The notes under the pieces are model-generated. The model was not told the origin of the DNA and did not search any database. It saw nothing but the letters and a program-made list of their open reading frames with translations. A DNA stretch of 59,306 bases, filler included, from Sphacelaria rigidula (lineage: Eukaryota): NCBI GenBank assembly GCA_964200075.2. It is 8 parts of 8 records of this genome, joined end to end, with 100 filler letters (N's around TTAATTAATTAA, not from the genome) between each part and the next. Parts side by side here need not be neighbours in the genome. Positions count along the whole stretch, not along the records: positions 1 to 7,326 come from CAXNAA020015431.1; positions 7,427 to 14,752 come from CAXNAA020015432.1; 6 more parts are not named here. One strand, 5' to 3'. Shown here piece after piece: positions 1-10,800 of the stretch (its first letter is position 1; the number at the start of each line of letters is the position of its first letter). The translations under genes and the position numbers were made by a program.

Positions 1-341
1 CTGAACATGACGCGTTACGGGTTCACCTCTACAGGTTACTTCTTCCGAATAAGAGCTTGTCCTCGGTGCTTCTGCTACAAACAGTTCGCAAGTCGGGTTA
101 CCCACTTGAGCCTCAATTCAGAGTTAAACCTCAATTCACACAATTTGCTATCAGTTTATATAGCGCTTTGATTACCTCTTATCACCTTGCTTACTCACTC
201 AGATTCCCTCAGTCAACCTCACCCAATCACCCAATAACACACACTCTATCTCTCTCACTCAATACCACACTAACGCACTCGCCGCGCACACCTATGCAAA
301 CCCCCAGGGCAAGGCAGACAGTAACAACCCAGAACCAGACC

Positions 342-550
342 TGACTGAACGGCGTGGGCGATGCCTAGCTCTTTTGTCTGCGCATGAAGTATATTGTATT
401 CGCATAACCTACGTCATTAAACACTATTCCTCTGATTGGCCATGATAATGCTCCGCAACCTCAACATGGTTGATGTCTACGTGTACCTCACGGTATCTTG
501 TATCACTCTTGTGCATGACTGAGCGTGAGCATATTCGATCAGCCCCCCTG
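342..550 (-). repeat. Polypurine tract and probable 3' LTR of the copia element
   Basis: Minus strand reads CAGGGGGGC (550-542) immediately followed by TGATCGAATATG from 541, ~270 bp past the pol stop. The distal end at 342 is a guess because no second LTR is present. Confidence 0.5.
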
Positions 551-809
551 TTCACGGCCCAGTCATGACCTGAAAACCTATACCGTTGAAAACTGGAATG
601 GAAAAATAACAACTCGACACAAAAATGAAAGTATCTTAAGCCATGTTCAACGTCCACACAATAAATAATATAACAAGCATAACTTACTCAGAAAATAGTA
701 CCTCCAATTTTTATGCCCCCCTTGATCATACCACTCTCCTCTTCACGGCAATATATTCCGTGAAAATTTCAAATCAAAAAGGGTTCACATCATCAAATAC
801 CCCAATAGC

Positions 810-2210
810 TCACACAATGCTCATAAAATAATTACGATGAAATTCGAAGAACTCTGTGGGTAACACGTTTGTCAAGAAATCGGCATGTTGATCGTTCGAT
901 CTTACGTGGATAATTGAAATCTCTTTCCTCGACACTATTCCTCTTATAAAGTGATATCTAACGTCGATGTGCTTGGAGTTCGAGTTGGTTGTGGGAATCT
1001 GTGCTCGTTGGATGGCTCCCTGGTTGTCCTCGAACAATGAAATACACGGTTCTCCAACCTGGGGCAACATAAATTGCCATCCCTGTCTGAGAAACAATAC
1101 CTTCTTCAACACGTCAGTCATGGCTACGCACTCTGCCTCCGATCTAGACCGCATTACACATTTTTGCGTTCCAGAGGACCAAGAAACACATCCGCCCCCA
1201 AACATGATTAGCTCCCCAGATACCGAACGCCTGTCCACTGCCTTGCTGGCGTAATTTGCATCAGCAAGTGCCTGAAAGTCGCTGCAAACTTCCGCTACGG
1301 TAGGTGATCGCGAGTGCACTGGTCCGCTTCACATATCCCAAAATACCAACAGCGGCACGCCAATGAAGGATTTTGGGACACGCACAACATCCTGCCACTA
1401 CTCGCGCTGCATTAGATAAATCTGGCCGTATTTGAGTGGCCAACCATATAAGTGATCCCACCAGTTCTTTGAACGACAATTTCGGTGACTCTTCGTCGTC
1501 TCTGAACTCTTCATGCTTCACACCAGGCCTCATCGGAATACTGTTACCCTCCTCAACATTGAGTTTCCGTGCCAACTCCTCTACAAACGTTTGTTGTGAG
1601 ATACTCAGCGCCCCCCTCTCCAAATCTCTTTCATAATATAGTCCCGAATACCACCGCAGTTCTCCCAAATTCTTGATCGGTACCATTTTGTTCAGATCCT
1701 CACCAAATCTATCACATCTTTCCATATTTCCTACTGCGAAGATATCGTCTACATGTACCATGAACGTAATAGATACTTTTCCCTCCTCCATCAAACGAAG
1801 AATGCATGGGTCCGCCAAACATTGCGTGAATCCCAGTCTTTTCAACCTTGCTCCCACGTGATTGTGCCATTGCCTCGACGCTTGTCTGAGACCATATATA
1901 TTCTTATTCAATTTAACAATCTTTCTGGACAATATCCCACAACCTCAAGGTAGTCGCATCAAAATGTTTTCCTCTGACTGCACAAAAGCTCGTCCAACAT
2001 TAAAATGACGCAATGGAAGATCCTGCTCACACGCCAAGACAGCTAACGGACGGACACTCGAAATTGCTACAGTTGAAGTATACAATTCACCAAAATCTAT
2101 ATCTGCTCTTTGAATATCAACGCTTGCAACCAGTCTTGATTTCGCTTTGGTAGCTCACCCAAACTCGCCAGCCTTCCAAGTATAGACCCATTTCGCGTTA
2201 ATTTAATTAT
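810..2210 (-). pseudogene. Copia reverse transcriptase + RNase H (disrupted)
   Basis: Motifs KWVYTWK..KSRLVA, LNKNIYGLRQASRQWH, VHVDD, ADANYA..DRRSVSG, EDNQGAI..SKHIDVRYHFIR and QHADFLT, split over several frames. Confidence 0.92.
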
Positions 2211-2959
2211 GAACGGGTTGCTACTCGGCTGAACCAATTGTCCCTGCGTCTACAATACCTTGAAACTCTCGAGCCATTGAATCTACACACACACATCCAT
2301 ATTCCGGCTGTAGAGCTTATGCGCACGTCGTAGGTGTCTTCAGGTCTTCCGCTGGAATCTGTGGAATGTTCGATGTCGTGCGCGGCACATGTTTTCCCCC
2401 CATGGCGTTCCTGATATCCTCTCACGTTGCCAGCATCGTTGCGTCTCGGAACGGGATACTCCTTTGCCTCCCTGCATTGTAGTCCTGTTTCCTTCCAATG
2501 CGCGTAAGATGGGTGGACAGCAAGCATTGCTTATCCAGTTGTGATATTAGGCCCAGGTCTTGATGGATGAGTGATGTTGACATAGCCCTTCCATACAAAT
2601 ATTGTGCTATACCCGAGCGTGTCCTTCCTAGCTGTCGTGAATCTATTTCCAGATCAAGTTCCCTGACGACTCTTGGCGGGGTTGGTGAAAACGAAAAATC
2701 TTGTACGTTGGTTGTTGATAGTGGTGGACATGTTGTTGCCGATGAGATATTGGTGATAGTGCTTGTGAATCATTGAATAGTGGCGGCGATGTCGGTGATC
2801 TATCCGGATGTTGGGGTGGAATTGAAGCGGTCTACGATTATTGTTGTGTAGGCGGTCGTGGATGTGGAGAAGTGGATGATGATTGCGATCGCTGGGTTGT
2901 AGAGGTAGCACGTGGTCGTGTGTGGCGCGGTTGTTGGGCGAAGATTTTGAGAGGTGTAA

Positions 2960-3180
2960 ATCTCGGAAAGGTCGGAGCGGGGAAAGAATATGTCGGTCGC
3001 AGGATGGTCGAAGCATGTTGAAAAGAATTAGGTTTCGGCATGGTCGGAGCGGGAACGGAATATCTGGATTGAAAAGGTGTAGATCTCCGCATGGTCGGAG
3101 CGGGAATGGAATGTCTGGATTTCGGAACGGTCGGAGGGGGAGTGGGATAACTAGATTTTGGAATGGTCGGAGCGGGAGTG
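2960..3180 (-). repeat. In-frame minisatellite (PAPT repeats) in the integrase-RT linker
   Basis: GGTCGGAGCGGG-like core at 2970, 3006, 3042, 3093, 3129 and 3165; spacings 36, 36, 51, 36, 36. Confidence 0.8.
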
Positions 3181-3359
3181 GAGGGTGTAGTGTTAGCGGC
3201 GGTTGTAGGTGGTAGCCACGGTGGTGCGACAGCGGGGAAAGATTGCGGTAGTGTCGGTGCGTCGGTGGCGTCGGAGGCGGGATGATTGCTGCCCCCCGCC
3301 CCCTCCCCCCGACGTCGAGCAGTACCGGTTTGGAAAAGGGTTGACGAGGTACCGTCGAC

Positions 3360-4200
3360 GCCACATTGTTGGTGTAGCGAACGGCACCTTCGTCGGCCAT
3401 GAGAACCTTGACGGTTTTTGAGGAGTGATTGGACGTCCATCTTTGATCTTCGGGTGACGCGCATCATACCGGGCTGTAGAAAAGGTACGATTTGAAGAGG
3501 TGGCTGTCGGTCGTTGAAGACTTGTACGGCGGCAATTTGCCGGGGTTGGCCGTAGTTGCGGAGCGATTGAAACCATCAGCTGCCCAGACGGCGGCCTCTA
3601 GCCATAGACGATCCAGGTTGCCGCCTAGGTGAGGAACCTCGGCAAGATTGATGTCGAGAAACAGTCGTGACGCCTCGCAGCGCGCGGCGTGCCCGGCCTT
3701 CATCGTGCGCCAGATTGCGCTTTCAGCGCCCGCGTTCTGCTTTGGGGTATCAGGCGCGGTGTTCTCGCGGCGGATGCGGGCGTTGTCGCAGAAGTCGACG
3801 AACTCCTGGGAGAAAAACTCACCACCGTTGTCGATGCGGAAGCAGCGCGGGTTACCGAAGCGATTAATGTCAGCGAGGTAGCGTTTCACCATCGCCAAGG
3901 CGCCCACCTTCCGTGCTAGCCCGTACAGCATTATCAAACGAGATTTACTGTCAAGGCAGGCCAGCATGTACATGGACCCTCCCAGAGTGCGTGGATGGGG
4001 TCCGGTCAGATCGAGGTGCACGATGCAGATGACCGTCAAAGCTCGTAAGCCTGAGTGAGGAATACCGGCCCGTCGCCCCTTACCCTCGAAGCATCCCTCG
4101 CACGGTTCCAGTTTTCCTGTGAGGATAATGCCCCGTTGGGCGGCAATAGCTCGGAGGGTGGTCTCGTTCGAGTCGTAGAGGGATACATGAAAAAAAATGA
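3360..4200 (-). pseudogene. Copia integrase (Zn-binding region, DDE core, C-terminal remnant)
   Basis: CEGCFEGK, VHLDLTGP, RIDNGGEF, TAPDTPKQNAGAE and LWLEAAVWAADGFNRS in ORF 3464..4528. Confidence 0.92.
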
Positions 4201-4699
4201 TGTCCACTCGGCTTAGTGGTTTGCCAACCGTGAAGGGTCCTGGGTTGGGTGCCAGTACTGCAAAAGCCATGTGTGCTCTCTCCTCCTCACTCAACTCTTC
4301 AAGACACGAATATGAAGGGAAAACATCATGGGGGGAAATACTGTCTATTCCCAACAGTAGCTGCTGATCAGAAAACAAGCTGAGATCAGATTGTGGTAGC
4401 CCGGGAACAACATACAGCCCTAAAGCAACAGTAGAATCATCATCAATCGAGGGCAGACGGGGGTGGAATACTGCTGACACTCTTTTGCGGGGGAACAGAA
4501 ACAGAACCCAGGGGTATATTACGAACACTATATCCTTGGGTTTCGGAATAAGAGATCAGGGGAATGTCACTGACACTCGCTTGCTGTGGACTAGAAACAG
4601 AAACAGTATCTTTCCTGGCCGCAACAACAGGCGTAACTAAGGGCATCTGTCTGTAGGTTGACGATAGGCGTGAGGCTTGTTGTGATGAGGAACGCTCAG

Positions 4700-5100
4700 T
4701 GCAGTTAAATCGCAGTCTGCCGTTGAGTAGATGCACACCTACTTTATCACAGATGACTTGCCGGCTCTTTTGAGCCCTGTGGATAGAGAATAGGTTAAAC
4801 TGAATTCCCTCCAAAACACACACATCCGTCAGCAGTACATACACTGCATCAACATAGGGGGGGCTGTTCGCACGTGCTTGATACAATCCTGATTTGTGAC
4901 TTCCGACAGCCTTGACCGGTAGTACTGTGCCATCACCTAAAATAACACTCTCGTTCCCCGGCGGAGGGGGGCGAGTATTAAAAACGTGAGTCATGTCTCC
5001 AGGCGTATGGTGGGATGCGCCTGAGTCCGCTGTCCATACATTTGCATCAGCGACGGGCAGAGATGTGGTTCGATGCAACATGACCCTACCGCTAATATCG
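4700..5100 (-). pseudogene. Copia aspartic protease region
   Basis: VWTADSGASHH...VILGDGTVLPVKAVG...LTDVCVLEGIQFNLFSI in ORF 4443..5186. Confidence 0.85.
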
Positions 5101-5401
5101 GAATCACCCAAAGTAAAAGCTGATTTTTCTGGTGCGGCAGAAAGCGTCATGTACACATTACCACCAGGGATATCAGCACGTGGCATTGGAAATAGTCGTG
5201 GCTCGTGGCGTTTGGTACTGTTCTCGAAACAGACGGACTACCATCGCAGAGACTGTAGTATAGCAGAGGTTGCACAGTGGTAGTCAAACCACTTACTTCT
5301 GCAGCAGACAGAAAGTCCAAAGACAAATATGGTGTTTGGGGCTCTTCACTCCGGCCGAACAAAATCAAGGCAGCCTCTTTTGCAAGCAGAGTGCTGAGGA
5401 A

Positions 5402-7326
5402 ATGAAGAATAGCTGGGTAAGCTTGGTAAGCTCGGGAGAGTGATTGCAAGGGCGATAGGAACCACCGATCACAACCATGCTCAACCCTGGAAGAAGAATC
5501 CAACACTCTACACGTACGTAAGGTCTAATCGTATCATTCAATTCAACCTCGCTATTGCTGACGCGGTAGCCTTGCTAGCTTAAATTAATTGCCAAGTTGC
5601 ACACAAGATATGCTGTAGCTTACGTGACCTAAATACTGTGCTAGAGTATCGTTCATTGATAAATCGTGGCAACACGCCTACTGTAGCAGTATCCTACCTG
5701 AAACGTCATTCACACAGGTAGACTATAAAGCAACACAAAATGGGAGGTTTGTTCAGAAAAAGCAAACCGTGGTTTATTGCAAACATCGAATTGGCCAAAG
5801 AGGCGTCTATTAGTTCAGCCGCTCTTTTTAGGTCACGGAGAAACAGTCAAATAGTCAGCCACCTTTTTATTACTTCACTCGCTTTTTGAGGATCACGGAG
5901 GAACAGTTGAATAGTCAGCCCCACGCGTTCACTCTGCGGAAAAGTCCACGGATAGTCAAAACAAGGAGACCAAAATCAGCCGAGGTTGGAGACACAAAAA
6001 ATGGACAGAGAGAGCATAGAAGGAGTTGGGCCAGTTCGACAGGGGCCAACAAGCTTTATCGATTACGTGCGCAGGCCAACAAGTTTATCGATTAGGTGTG
6101 AAGAAGGCTGGGCTGCGCAAGGCGCCAGCTTCCGGGCGTGGCGCGAGGGCATCTACGCGCTTGAAAAGGCGGAAGGAGGCGGGGCTGCGTAGTGGGCCGG
6201 CTTCCTGGCGTGGTGCTATCACATATACCGGTATGTCTGGTCACTGTGGTATATCTGTACGCACTGTGAAACAGGCTACTACCAGCTATCGGGAAGCAGC
6301 TACTGTCGAAGTAAAGTTGCACGGTTTTCTGGCTCCATCGCAGACGTCTGTGTATTGCCGTTCAGATCATCCCCGAGTTGTCGAGTTTGGTCTAAGTGCA
6401 GAAAACCTACACCCATGCTAAATGTTTCTGGGCTCAATCGCACACATGTTTGTATTGCCGTTTCTGGGCCATCCCGGAGCTGTCGAGTTTTGTCGAAGTG
6501 CAGAAACCTATGCTCGTGCAAGGGGAAGCAACTACTTTCGGAAGTAAAGCTGCACGAGTTGCTGGCTAAATCGCACACGTTTGTGCATTGCCGATTCTGG
6601 ATCATCCCGGAGTTGTCGAGTTTGTTCGAAGCGCAAAAAACCTACTCTCAGGTTGAATGTTTTCTGACTCACGCACACACAGGTGTGTGTGTTGCTGCTC
6701 TGGGCCATCCCGGAGTTGTTGGGTTTTATCGAAGTGCAAAAACCTATGCTCGTGCTGAACCAATCTATCCAGGACATCCGAGAGGTTGCCGTCTGGTCAA
6801 ATAGCGTGTTACACATACTTTTCTCGAGCTTGTTGCACATACACTTCGCGACCCGGGATGCCGAAAATGTTTTCGGGTTGCAGTCAAAAAAGAGTTCCAA
6901 ACATTGCAGCAGGCTTTTGACTCAATTACACTGTGTGATTGCTGTTTCGATTTCCTATCGAAACTGTCGAGTAGTCTTCGAAGGGCAGAAGTCTGCGTAA
7001 AGAAATGCCTGTGCTGAACCAACCCCTCAGGGAAATTCACAGGAGGTTGCCGTCTGGTCAGTTAGCATGGCACAAGTCAATAGCGTGTATGCACATACGC
7101 TACTCGACCCGGGCTGCCGATTCCGGGATGAAGAATAGCTGGGTAAGCTTGGTAAGCTCGGGAGAGTGATTGCAAGGGCGATAGGAACCACCGATCACAA
7201 CCATGCTCAACCCTGGAAGAAGAATCCAACACTCTACACGTACGTAAGGTCTAATCGTATCATTCAATTCAACCTCGCTATTGCTGACGCGGTAGCCTTG
7301 CTAGCTTAAATTAATTGCCAAGTTGC
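5402..7326. mobile_element. Non-coding insert bounded by an identical >=199-bp direct repeat (candidate non-autonomous LTR element or tandem unit)
   Basis: 5402-5600 equals 7128-7326 base for base (offset 1726); the second copy is cut by the contig end. The repeat starts (A)TGAA, and a possible TTCA end lies at 5712. Confidence 0.55.
6290..6760. repeat. Higher-order tandem repeat (~235-bp dimer of ~102 + ~133-bp subunits)
   Basis: CATCCC.GAG.TGT core near 6368, 6470, 6603 and 6706, each followed by AAG(T/C)GCA.AAA..CCTA. Confidence 0.75.
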
Positions 7327-7426
7327 NNNNNNNNNNNNNNNNNNNNNNNNNNNNNNNNNNNNNNNNNNNNTTAATTAATTAANNNNNNNNNNNNNNNNNN
7401 NNNNNNNNNNNNNNNNNNNNNNNNNN
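7327..7426. other. Artificial contig linker (also at 14753-14852, 22179-22278, 29605-29704, 37031-37130, 44457-44556, 51882-51981)
   Basis: N44-TTAATTAATTAA-N44, which has stops in all six frames, occurs seven times. Confidence 0.98.
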
Positions 7427-7468
7427 ATTCTCATTTCAAAAAACGTTCTCATTTTTCTGGCAACCCTG

Positions 7469-7667
7469 TTTATTCTGGGCGCCGGTTTACACCTTCCGGT
7501 GGATGTGGGCGCACCAGCCAGGGTCACATAGGCGGGAGGCGTGGTTTCTCCCCTGCTTGTTTTCTAGTACTCCACCTTCCTTCTGCTGTGAATGCGTTTT
7601 TATTTTCGAATCGCGAGAGGGGTTCAGCAGCCCCCTTCCCTCGTCGATCGTTACGTCGGTTTTTGTG
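7469..7667 (+). repeat. Dispersed repeat family E (~200 bp), copy 1
   Basis: Aligns to the reverse complement of 45430-45636 (GGGCGCA.CAGCC.GGGTCACA...CACCTTCCTTCTGC...ATCGCGAGA.GGGTT.AGC). Confidence 0.75.
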
Positions 7668-7744
7668 ATAATTATTACAACTGTTATTATTATTATTTAC
7701 ATTTTTATCACGACGTCTTGGTGTAATATGTCGTTCTGTTCGAC

Positions 7745-7870
7745 TTTTTTCCTGCTCCTTCCTTTTGTTCAGCGAGTGTTTCAGTTTTGCTTTTTGGGGG
7801 TACGTCTGTCACACGACAACGGCTGGACCCATGGGGGGTCATCAGTTGAAGTGCGACAATAATAAAAAAA
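7745..7870 (+). mobile_element. 3' end of a non-LTR retroposon, family F
   Basis: GGGTACGTCT.TCA...GGCTGGACCC..GGGGG.TCA...CGACAAT plus a simple-repeat tail. Reverse-complement copies lie at 33606-33760 and 47759-47850. Confidence 0.65.
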
Positions 7871-10800
7871 GACATTCCGCGACATCACCGCTTGCCGTCC
7901 CGAGCTTTCCGCCAGCGTTGGGATCACCAGACGCTGTCCCAAGAACAGTTGTAAGCTGTTATTGATAACCGCAGGGGCCATTCAGGATTCCGGCTCTGGA
8001 ATAAATCGGGATGATAATTTTTCCAACGAGGCCTTGTTCCGGCGGTTAAACGTCATGATCATTTTGACTGTACGTGGTGCCGTCGTCGCGGGGCTTCATC
8101 GCTCGTTGCCTGGTGAGAGGCCTGCAACGTACCTTTTCGAATCTCAACCCACACGGGTTTTAAACGACCCATTTTGCAGCTTAATGTTGAGAGCTGGCCG
8201 TCAAACGTTCGTACGGAGAACGCCCACTACAGCTCAAAAACAAAAAACATGACGGTAGGAGCGACATGTTTTTTTCCACAACTCGGAGGTAACAGTCAAC
8301 ATCCGGTGGAGCGAATACAGAAACATACCGTTACAATTTTTTGTTGTTTCTTGACTCTCTGTTATTCCTTTTCAATATTATGGAGGCGGTATTTTCGGAG
8401 AATAGGCGCTCCAACACAGCACACCTGGCGTCTGATGAAGCTGAGAGTTGATGTATATGTGGGTTGAAGCTGAAGCTAAGTGTCGACGCAGCAGTTGCGG
8501 CGATCCAATGCGTTTTCGGCGCAGCGTGGCCTGCAACAGCGATTTTGCACGACGCTGAAACTGTTCCGAAAACTATAACACTTTCTCATTACAGTTCTAG
8601 AGGGTGATTATATCAAACCCGTGCTGAGCCAGGGGCATATCTTCCCAGCCTTGTTGTCTGCCTCGGCGCCCTGGCGGTCGAGAGTGGGACCAGGACGGGA
8701 AATTCTGAAAAGTGAAGGTTCTCCATATGTTAGAGGAAGATTCCGTTGGGGTTTAGGCGCCGGGTGGAGCAAGACGGGGCAGCGCAGAGTAGCCAAAGAG
8801 GAGAGTGTGTTCAGCCAAGGAGCACTGCGAACCTGCTCCGGCAGAGGGCAACGTCTCTTCTCTTATTACAGTGCCAGAGTTACCATTCGCCTTATCACGA
8901 CGGCGTAAGAATGGTAGGAGACGTTCTTGTAGTTTTGTTCTATCACAATCAACCGGATATTCTCCGACGTGATGGTTCCAAGTGAAGAAATTGACGTTCC
9001 CCTGACAGGCACGCCATCTGTGCTTTGCGAACCTCACGCCGTTCTCATTTGCTCTTAGTATACAATTTTCGCCACCTGGGCAACAACCTCTCGCGACAGG
9101 TATACTGCAGACAGTATCGCAAGTGGTTCGTACTGCGACAACATGTTTTATACTGTATGCAGTACACATCTAGAAGGCAAATGTCAAGGTCGGCACAGTG
9201 CGGAATACCGCGGGGATAAACAGGAAGCATGGGCAGTCATAAAATATCTGGCGGCAGGAACGCCAACCCGTACTCCTGGTGCAGCCCCTGCAACACCGTG
9301 GAGCGTGCCTTCCGCGACGAAAGTAATTGCGACCGACATATTTCGCTTAGACTTGTCTAAGATATTTCATAAGCCCGTGGCGGCATTATGTGCGGCGACA
9401 GTACTGCGCAGTGCAATCCACTGTTCCTGGTAATTCTAAGCAAAGACGGCGCACGAGTCTCTTCACCGCTTATTCCGGCGGCGCAGGGATGCGGAGAACT
9501 TTAATATCCTCGGCGCGAAGTGATGGGAAAAGGTACAGCCGAGGTACAGGCGGGATTTTCATGGCCGGTTCGGCATCGCTTCGCATCGCGGCATAAATGC
9601 ACGAGGCACCGCCTGCGAAGGCCGGGAGTAATATTACGGTAGGGGTGCACAACGTTTTTTTTCTGAGGTTAGAATTGTTAGGAGCTCTTCATCTTATCCC
9701 GAACACGAGTTATGAAATACGTTAGAGTACGCGAGGGATATTTCTCAATGTGCTAAGGATATCCCGAATGAATTTATATGCGGGGATGCCCGGAACCATA
9801 TTCTTGGGCACCAACAACCGTTAGGACCCCCTGAAGCAGACAAGACTGCGGAAAAAGTTCACCCCTACCGTATCGTTGCTGCCGGGGGGAACGTTGGCCT
9901 CTCGTATTATCATGACCCCCCAACGCTCGGGACCCAATATTTGTGGCGACCAGTATTTTGATGGGTGTTTGTATACTCGCGGGGATGTGGATTGTTGGTG
10001 AAGCACGGTTAGTGTGCCCGAGTTATCGTCGTGGTTGTAGATATTTTTGCTGTCTTTACATTTTAGACCGCACCGACATCAGGATATCGCTCTGTACCGA
10101 GCATATCACTCGGACGCTTGCCGCCGTGAAGGACAAAGAACCCGATCATGGGACGAAATGAATTAAAAAAACAAATTGTGCGAAAAATAAATCACACAGA
10201 TGCGATACCAAACAGAAACAAAGATCGATTTCGAGTGATAACGATACAACGAAAATGAAAGGGAAAAAAATAGAGGGGATCGTCGGTGCGCACGCGATCG
10301 CTTGGCGGTAGCTAGGCGTGCACACCGCACTACAGCACATGTCGCAAAACGCAACAGAGGTTTGGCGTGCCCCGCCGTCCCTCGCGCGTATCTCCCAATC
10401 GCTGCGTGCCGTGAAAACGTACCGAAAACATTTAATGCGTCGCACCGCTCGATGACTGATACAACCTGGAACGAGTGTTACAAAAATAATAACGACGCCC
10501 CTGCACGGCGGCGCCATTGCACTACATGAAAACCCTCGCCTATATTCCGCCCCCACCCCTGCACAAATGCCGTCGCACCGTGCGACCCCGCAACTGTGGG
10601 CGCTCCCACACAAATTGCCCTCATCTGTCGTGGCAATCGCCACCACCATACCACCCAACAATTACCCGGGCGTCACACTTGACGAGCGGACCGTGGCACG
10701 TTCAGCACGGCCGTCACGCAAACTCGTCGGCGACGGCGTCGTCGTCGGGAAGATGCCGAAACAGAGGTTCGGAGCCTTGTGTGACCGGCGGCCAGCGGTG

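Larger units (their letters stand above)
342..5401 (-). mobile_element. Decayed Ty1/copia LTR retrotransposon, interrupted or truncated in gag
   Basis: Minus-strand domains occur in copia order: protease (WTADSGASHH), integrase, RT, RNase H, then a PPT and the LTR start. Many stops and frameshifts. The left boundary (LTR end) is uncertain. Confidence 0.88.

Noticed and set aside
7371-7382. TTAATTAATTAA as a regularly spaced biological repeat
   Set aside because: It is always centred in 44+44 Ns and is an artificial six-frame-stop linker.
7427-7468. hAT terminus TGGCAACCCTG
   Set aside because: Only one 11-bp end is visible near a contig start, with no partner TIR or TSD.
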